Assembly: GCA_947630945.1 (NCBI GenBank)
Contig: CANRJN010000002.1
Coordinates: 1 to 50,567 of the forward strand
DNA length: 50,567 bases
Direction of reading: 5' to 3'
From: an uncultured Bacilli bacterium
Lineage (GTDB): Bacteria; Bacillota_I; Bacilli_A; RF39; UBA660
The translations under genes and the position numbers were made by a program. The notes under the pieces are model-generated. The model had not been told where the DNA came from, ran no database searches, and saw only the letters and a list, made by a program, of their open reading frames with translations. Of the stretch, positions 46,288 to 50,567 are shown piece by piece (position 1 is the first letter of the stretch; each line of letters opens with the position of its first letter).

Positions 46288-46496
46288 ATATTTATCATCT
46301 TTTTCTTCAAATACAACATTTGAATCGTTTTCTAAATCTTTAAGGAGTGATGATAATATGTATGCTTGACTACTGTTAAAAGGCCACTCACTTTGAAATT
46401 TAAAACTTTTATTAAGACTTGGAGTTACAACTATAACTCACCAAAGTTTTAAACTTCTATCCTTATTATATAGTATCTTATTTTTACTAATTTTAA

Positions 46497-46907
46497 TTAC
46501 TTTTTTATTTTATCTCTTTTTTTATTGATATATTCATAATTTAAGTTACTATTACTAGAAAGTACACTTCTTCCTAGTTCTTTTTCTAAATTATCACGAG
46601 TATTTTTAGCAATTTTTCCACCTCGTTTTGCTATTTCTTTATTTTGATTTAAACTGTAAGGCTTATACTCATTAGCAAGTTCTCTTGTTGCTGTTTCACC
46701 TAAGTCTGTTAAAAGAACTTCTACATCTGTCATATTATCTCTTAAAGATTCTTTACGAATACCTTTAAATTCTTTATATTCACTTGCTTTCATTCCTGAG
46801 TATTCTTTATAAATTTCATTAGTTAGAATAGTATATTCATCAACTCTCTGACTTCCTAAATTAGCAAACCATAATTTAAATGGTTCTCTATTTAAACCAA
46901 TATGACA
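46497..46907 (-). pseudogene. C-terminal fragment of a Bro-N/antirepressor-like (DinD-like annotation family) gene
   Basis: The frame is open directly from the TAG of the DUF1016 gene: CHIGLNREPFKLWFANLGSQRVDEYTILTNEIYKEYSGMKASEYKEFKG..LRDNMTDVEVLLTDLGETATRE...AKRGGKIAKNTR..LEKELGRSV. This matches the conserved C-terminal part of that family but lacks about 60 internal residues. The tracked 98-aa ORF (46497-46793) is its tail. Confidence 0.6.
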
Positions 46908-47927
46908 CTATTTATTTTCTAAATCAATATGTAAATTTAATTCTTCTTCAGTTGGTAATTCTTTTAAAATTTCAGGTGGTAAATATTCTGATAATTCATA
47001 TGAACTCACTCCAATAGGTTTGTGTATATCTTTTAAAGCATACTCAACCGAAAATTTATCTTTATCTCGACAAAGTATTAATCCTATACTTGGATTATCT
47101 TGTTTATCTTTGACTAAATCATCTATTGCTGATAGGTAAAAATTAACTTTTCCTATATATTCAGGTTTAAATTCAGTATTTTTTAGTTCAACCACAATAT
47201 AACAATGAAGTTTAGTATGATAAAATAATAAATCAATAAAATATTCTTTGTTTCCAACTTCTATTTTATATTGGTTTCCAACAAAACTAAATCCATTTCC
47301 TAATTCTAATAATACAGTTTTTATTTTTTCAACCATAGCTTGTTCCAATTCAGTTTCAATGTAGTTTTGTTTTAATCCAGTTAAATTAAGAATAAAAGGA
47401 TCTTTCATCATATCTTTTGCTAAGTCACTTTGAGGTTTTGGTAGAGTTTCATAAAAATTATTTGGCTTGTCTCCAAGAACTTGCCTTTCATACAATTTGC
47501 TTTTTACTTGAAAAGCTAATACATCATAACTCCAACCATTAATTAGTGTTTGTTCCATATACCAAACTCTTTGAATATTATCTTCAATCTTGTCTAAAAT
47601 AAGCATATTATGTGACCAAGGAATTTGTGCAGACGATGTCTGCACTTTTTCACTTTTAGAGCATTCAATATAATATTTCTTCATATTTTTTAAATTTCGT
47701 ACAGAGAAACCTTTAATATTTGGAAATGTCAATTTAAGTTCTATTGCTAATTCATCAATAAATTTATTACCCCAACTAGAATTTTCATTAATTGTTTTTC
47801 CAATATTATAATATAATTTTAATAAATTCATATTAGCATTTTTAAAAATTTCATACTTCGTTTTATTTATCTCTTGCTTTATCTGTTCTACGATATTTTT
47901 AAAATCTTTCATTTCATTTTCTAACAT
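46908..47927 (-). CDS. DUF1016 (YhcG-type) PD-(D/E)xK nuclease family protein
   Basis: Helical N-terminal half with WSHNMLIL, and a C-terminal nuclease core FIDLLFYHTKLHCYIVVELKNTEFKPEYIGKVNFYLSAIDD (D...ELK). GGAGG RBS. Confidence 0.85.
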   Translation of the reverse strand: MLENEMKDFKNIVEQIKQEINKTKYEIFKNANMNLLKLYYNIGKTINENSSWGNKFIDELAIELKLTFPNIKGFSVRNLKNMKKYYIECSKSEKVQTSSAQIPWSHNMLILDKIEDNIQRVWYMEQTLINGWSYDVLAFQVKSKLYERQVLGDKPNNFYETLPKPQSDLAKDMMKDPFILNLTGLKQNYIETELEQAMVEKIKTVLLELGNGFSFVGNQYKIEVGNKEYFIDLLFYHTKLHCYIVVELKNTEFKPEYIGKVNFYLSAIDDLVKDKQDNPSIGLILCRDKDKFSVEYALKDIHKPIGVSSYELSEYLPPEILKELPTEEELNLHIDLENK

Positions 47928-48039
47928 TTTATTTCCTCCATTTTAATTTTTGCAGACATGTCTACAAAATTATTATTTCTATTTTTTTAGCACGAATCTT
48001 ATAGTAGAAAACATATTTTAAAACAGCAATGCCATTCTG

Positions 48040-48350
48040 TACAAAACTCTTCAGCTTTAGAAGTCTATAGGTCTAAATACTCATTCTGTATCCAATGTAT
48101 CAGTTTCTCTTAACTTTCCATCTTGTGCTTTCATTTTCAACTGGTTAGTAATACTAACCAGTTCACTACCTTCTTCATTCAATTTACCTTTTAACCATTA
48201 CCAATAATTTCTAGCTTTAGTATAATCACTATCAGTTAATGAACTAATTACATCTAATAATGTTCTTCTTTATCTTTATCCCAAACACTTCTTATTTCTT
48301 TGTCCTCAAATAAATTTGAAATTGTTTCTAGTTTGTTTTGACTCACCCAT
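48040..48350 (-). pseudogene. N-terminal fragment of a Bro-N/antirepressor-like gene, with multiple frameshifts and nonsense codons
   Basis: Reading across three frames gives MGESKQ / NKLETISNLFEDKEIRSVWDKDKEEHY* / LLDVISSLTDSDYTKARNYW*WLKGKLNEEGSELVSITNQLKMKAQDGKLRETDTLDTE*VFRPIDF* / SKAEEF. There are at least 2 frameshifts and 3 in-frame stops. Confidence 0.6.
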
Positions 48351-48356
48351 ACCTTC

Positions 48357-49949
48357 TTAAATTAACTTAAATTTATAATATATATCAATATTTTTTTCTT
48401 CATCTATCTCTATCCTATCAATTAGTGAACTAATTAATGCACGAGATGGATTTTTCATACTCATAAATTCTTTAATCTTATCTAGATAATAATCATCATT
48501 TACTAACTTATTATTTTCCAAATCATATAAAAGTTTTTCATATTCTCTTTTTTGGTGCTTTGACTCATTTATTTCTAATGTTAAATTGTTATAAGTTCTT
48601 TTATACATTTCTAAAGTTATATTACCATCTAATTTATCGTTATAGCAAATATCTATCTTTCTATTAAGATTTTCTATATTGTTTTCTAATCTAAATATCT
48701 CATCTTTTATACTATTTTTTTTCTTTTTTAATTTATCAGAATTTTTAATTATATTTTCTAAGTTGTTTTTATCTAAATATTTCATTGCCATTTCTCTTAA
48801 ATTTTTCAAAACTATATCTTCTATAACTTGATATTTTACAGAATGGGGAGTACAAACATTTTGCTTTTTTCTTTTTGCCCAATAATTACAATTACCATAT
48901 ACTCTATGAACCAATCCATATTTTTGTGTTTGTTGTAAATGTTCTCTAAATCCTATAGTATGGTGACATTCTTTACAATAAATAAGTCCCCTTAATAATA
49001 GTTTATCTGTTATACCATTTCCCTTAATATAACGATGTTTATTGCTATTAAACATTTTTTGTACTAAATCAAAAGTTTCTTTATCAATAATAGGTTCTAC
49101 TGCACCTTCAGCAACAATCCAATCATTTGATTTTGTATGAACTCTTTTTTTTGATTTATAATTCACTTTTCTATTTCTACATTGAGTTAAATTACCAATA
49201 TAAGTTGGATTTTTTAAAATGCTATCAACTGTTCTTATTGACCATACCCCATAGTGAAGATTTCCTTGTCCTAATTTCATATTTTTATACATACTTGGTG
49301 TTTTAATATGTTCACTTGTTAATGTATCACAAATCACTGTCAAACTATTACCACTTATAAACATATCAAATATTCTTCTTACAACACTTGCTGATTCAGG
49401 TTCTATTTCAAGTTTGTGTTTATCCTCTTTAGATTTTTTATAACCAAAAGGTGCATAACAGCCAACAAATAAACCATTTCTTTTTTTTGTATAAAGTGAA
49501 CTTCTTAGCTTATTTGATATATCTTTAACATACATATCATTAAAAGCACTCTTGAATACCAACATATCATTTGCTGAATTATTACGATTAAAAGTGTCTA
49601 CTCCATCATTTACTGCTACATATCTAATGTTATTTTCTGGAAAATATCTTTCAACATAATATCCAAATTCAATATGGTCACGACCAAGTCTTGATGTATC
49701 TTTTGTAATAATCATATTTATCTTTTTTGTTTCACAATCTTTAATCATGCGATTAAATCCTGCTCTATCAAAAGTAGTTCCTGATACTCCATCATCTACA
49801 TATTCATCAACAAATAATAAATTGTTATCTCTAATATAATTCAATAATAAATCTCTCTGTGTAGAGATACTACCACTTTCACCTAACCTTTCATCTTCTC
49901 TAGATAATCTTAAATATATTCCTACCTTATAGGTTGTATCTGTTATCAT
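48357..49949 (-). CDS. large serine recombinase (integrase)
   Basis: Resolvase catalytic domain (YLRLSREDE..GESGSISTQR, VDDGVSGTTFDR, ITKDTSRLGRD), recombinase domain, Cys-rich zinc ribbon (YCKECHH...GNCNYW...VCTPHS) and a long coiled-coil C-terminus. Confidence 0.92.
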   Translation of the reverse strand: MITDTTYKVGIYLRLSREDERLGESGSISTQRDLLLNYIRDNNLLFVDEYVDDGVSGTTFDRAGFNRMIKDCETKKINMIITKDTSRLGRDHIEFGYYVERYFPENNIRYVAVNDGVDTFNRNNSANDMLVFKSAFNDMYVKDISNKLRSSLYTKKRNGLFVGCYAPFGYKKSKEDKHKLEIEPESASVVRRIFDMFISGNSLTVICDTLTSEHIKTPSMYKNMKLGQGNLHYGVWSIRTVDSILKNPTYIGNLTQCRNRKVNYKSKKRVHTKSNDWIVAEGAVEPIIDKETFDLVQKMFNSNKHRYIKGNGITDKLLLRGLIYCKECHHTIGFREHLQQTQKYGLVHRVYGNCNYWAKRKKQNVCTPHSVKYQVIEDIVLKNLREMAMKYLDKNNLENIIKNSDKLKKKKNSIKDEIFRLENNIENLNRKIDICYNDKLDGNITLEMYKRTYNNLTLEINESKHQKREYEKLLYDLENNKLVNDDYYLDKIKEFMSMKNPSRALISSLIDRIEIDEEKNIDIYYKFKLI

Positions 49950-49960
49950 ATCACTCCAAT

Positions 49961-50116
49961 CTATAAGTTTGAGATTATATCGTTATTCATTATATCATTA
50001 TTCTCAAAATTATTAAACTCTTTATCTAGAAAAGAAATTAAAAATGTACTTACTATTTCATTAAATGTTATACCTGCTTCATCAAATATATTATTTACTT
50101 TATATTCTTTTTTCAT
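49961..50116 (-). CDS. small hypothetical protein upstream of the recombinase
   Basis: I prefer the start at MKKEYKV (ATG at 50116, GGGGTG 4 nt upstream) over the track start at 50149. No motif. Confidence 0.45.
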   Translation of the reverse strand: MKKEYKVNNIFDEAGITFNEIVSTFLISFLDKEFNNFENNDIMNNDIISNL

Positions 50117-50342
50117 AGGACACCCCAATAAATGTATATGCCCTAACATTGAAATTAATTTGTAAAATTTTATTTTTCATCACTAAACACCTCCACTTTT
50201 ATCATTTCAAATATATTTTTTTCTTAACATAATACACTCATTCCTTTCATTAATATTTTTATATAAATTTTTATTTAAAATTAATTCAACTTCATAATTA
50301 AGTTGCTCACTAAATTTTATTATTTTATCTTACTTTCATTAA

Positions 50343-50366
50343 GAAAAAAAGAACTCTATTGAGTTC
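50343..50366 (-). terminator. rho-independent terminator after the partial ORF at the window edge
   Basis: Stem gaactc/gagttc (50351-50356 and 50361-50366), followed on the minus strand by TTTTTTTC. Confidence 0.65.
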
Positions 50367-50367
50367 C

Positions 50368-50567
50368 CTAGATTGTATTAATTTTTAAATTTTGAATTTG
50401 CTTTGCTATATCAAATCCATCTAATTCTAAATATGTATTTAAAAATAATTTTGTACTTAAATAAGTATCATTATCACATCTTATAACTAATTCACTAAAT
50501 ACATCTAATTTTTCATTAAAATTAAGTTTTTCAAAATGTGATTCAAATTTTTTATCTTCTTCATCAA
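50368..50567 (-). CDS. 3' end of an element-borne ORF entering from beyond the window (partial)
   Basis: Open frame ...DEEDKKFESHFEKLNFNEKLDVFSELVIRCDNDTYLSTKLFLNTYLELDGFDIAKQIQNLKINTI, ending at TAG 50368-50370 and followed by a terminator. Not in the supplied track. Function unknown. Confidence 0.45.
   Translation of the reverse strand, partial: DEEDKKFESHFEKLNFNEKLDVFSELVIRCDNDTYLSTKLFLNTYLELDGFDIAKQIQNLKINTI

Larger units (their letters stand above)
46438..50567. mobile_element. left portion of an integrated element (prophage or ICE/IME-like) carrying a large serine recombinase; it continues beyond the window
   Basis: The host gene frame breaks off at 46437/46438. To the right lie a large serine recombinase, a DUF1016 nuclease, Bro-N/antirepressor-like pseudogene fragments and small ORFs. 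The right end was not seen. Confidence 0.6.

Noticed and set aside
50150-50340. 26-aa ORF MKNKILQINFNVRAYTFIGVSYEKRI with a GGAGGTG RBS upstream of the 51-aa gene.
   Set aside because: It is very short, overlaps the next ORF and has no motif. It may be real, but this sequence alone does not support it.
1-50567. Mollicutes-type genetic code 4 (TGA = Trp), suggested by the extreme AT richness.
   Set aside because: ligA and other conserved genes terminate cleanly at TGA, and conserved Trp positions use TGG. Full-length proteins are obtained with code 11.

Overview
This is a very AT-rich, low-GC Bacillota-type chromosomal window. It uses standard genetic code 11, because ligA ends in TGA and Trp is encoded by TGG. 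Every credible protein-coding gene (about 50) is on the minus strand. The only plus-strand genes are three tRNAs: His at 11.1 kb, and Ile plus Glu at 36.8 kb. The core housekeeping genes are ligA, parE-parC, a trmD-rimM-rRNA methyltransferase operon and ftsA-ftsZ. Envelope and transport genes include natAB-like ABC genes followed by an M13 peptidase, two paralogous ATPase-FtsX fusion transporters, a NodB deacetylase and an acyltransferase/acyl-CoA ligase/acyltransferase operon. There is also one two-component system.

Three regions look accessory.
- (1) 9.6-17.7 kb, around tRNA-His. It holds a ligase-less LigD (PE+Pol) gene. Next is a tightly coupled three-gene operon built around an SF2 DExH helicase carrying eight tandem helicase-associated (HA) repeats. 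A separate unit encodes a 609-aa HExxH (gluzincin-like) protein plus an untracked 59-aa ORF. None of these matches a described system that I can name, and this is my best candidate for a novel module.
- (2) 40.44-40.63 kb. A perfect consensus promoter is followed by a GC-rich structured leader of unknown class, upstream of the trmD operon.
- (3) 46.4 kb to the window end. This is the left part of an integrated element with a large serine recombinase. Its junction coincides with the 5' truncation of a LolA-like/DUF4367 gene. It carries a heavily decayed Bro-N/antirepressor-like pseudogene in two fragments flanking an intact DUF1016 (YhcG-type) nuclease gene.

All calls come from reading motifs by eye. 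No database search, folding program or GC calculation was run.
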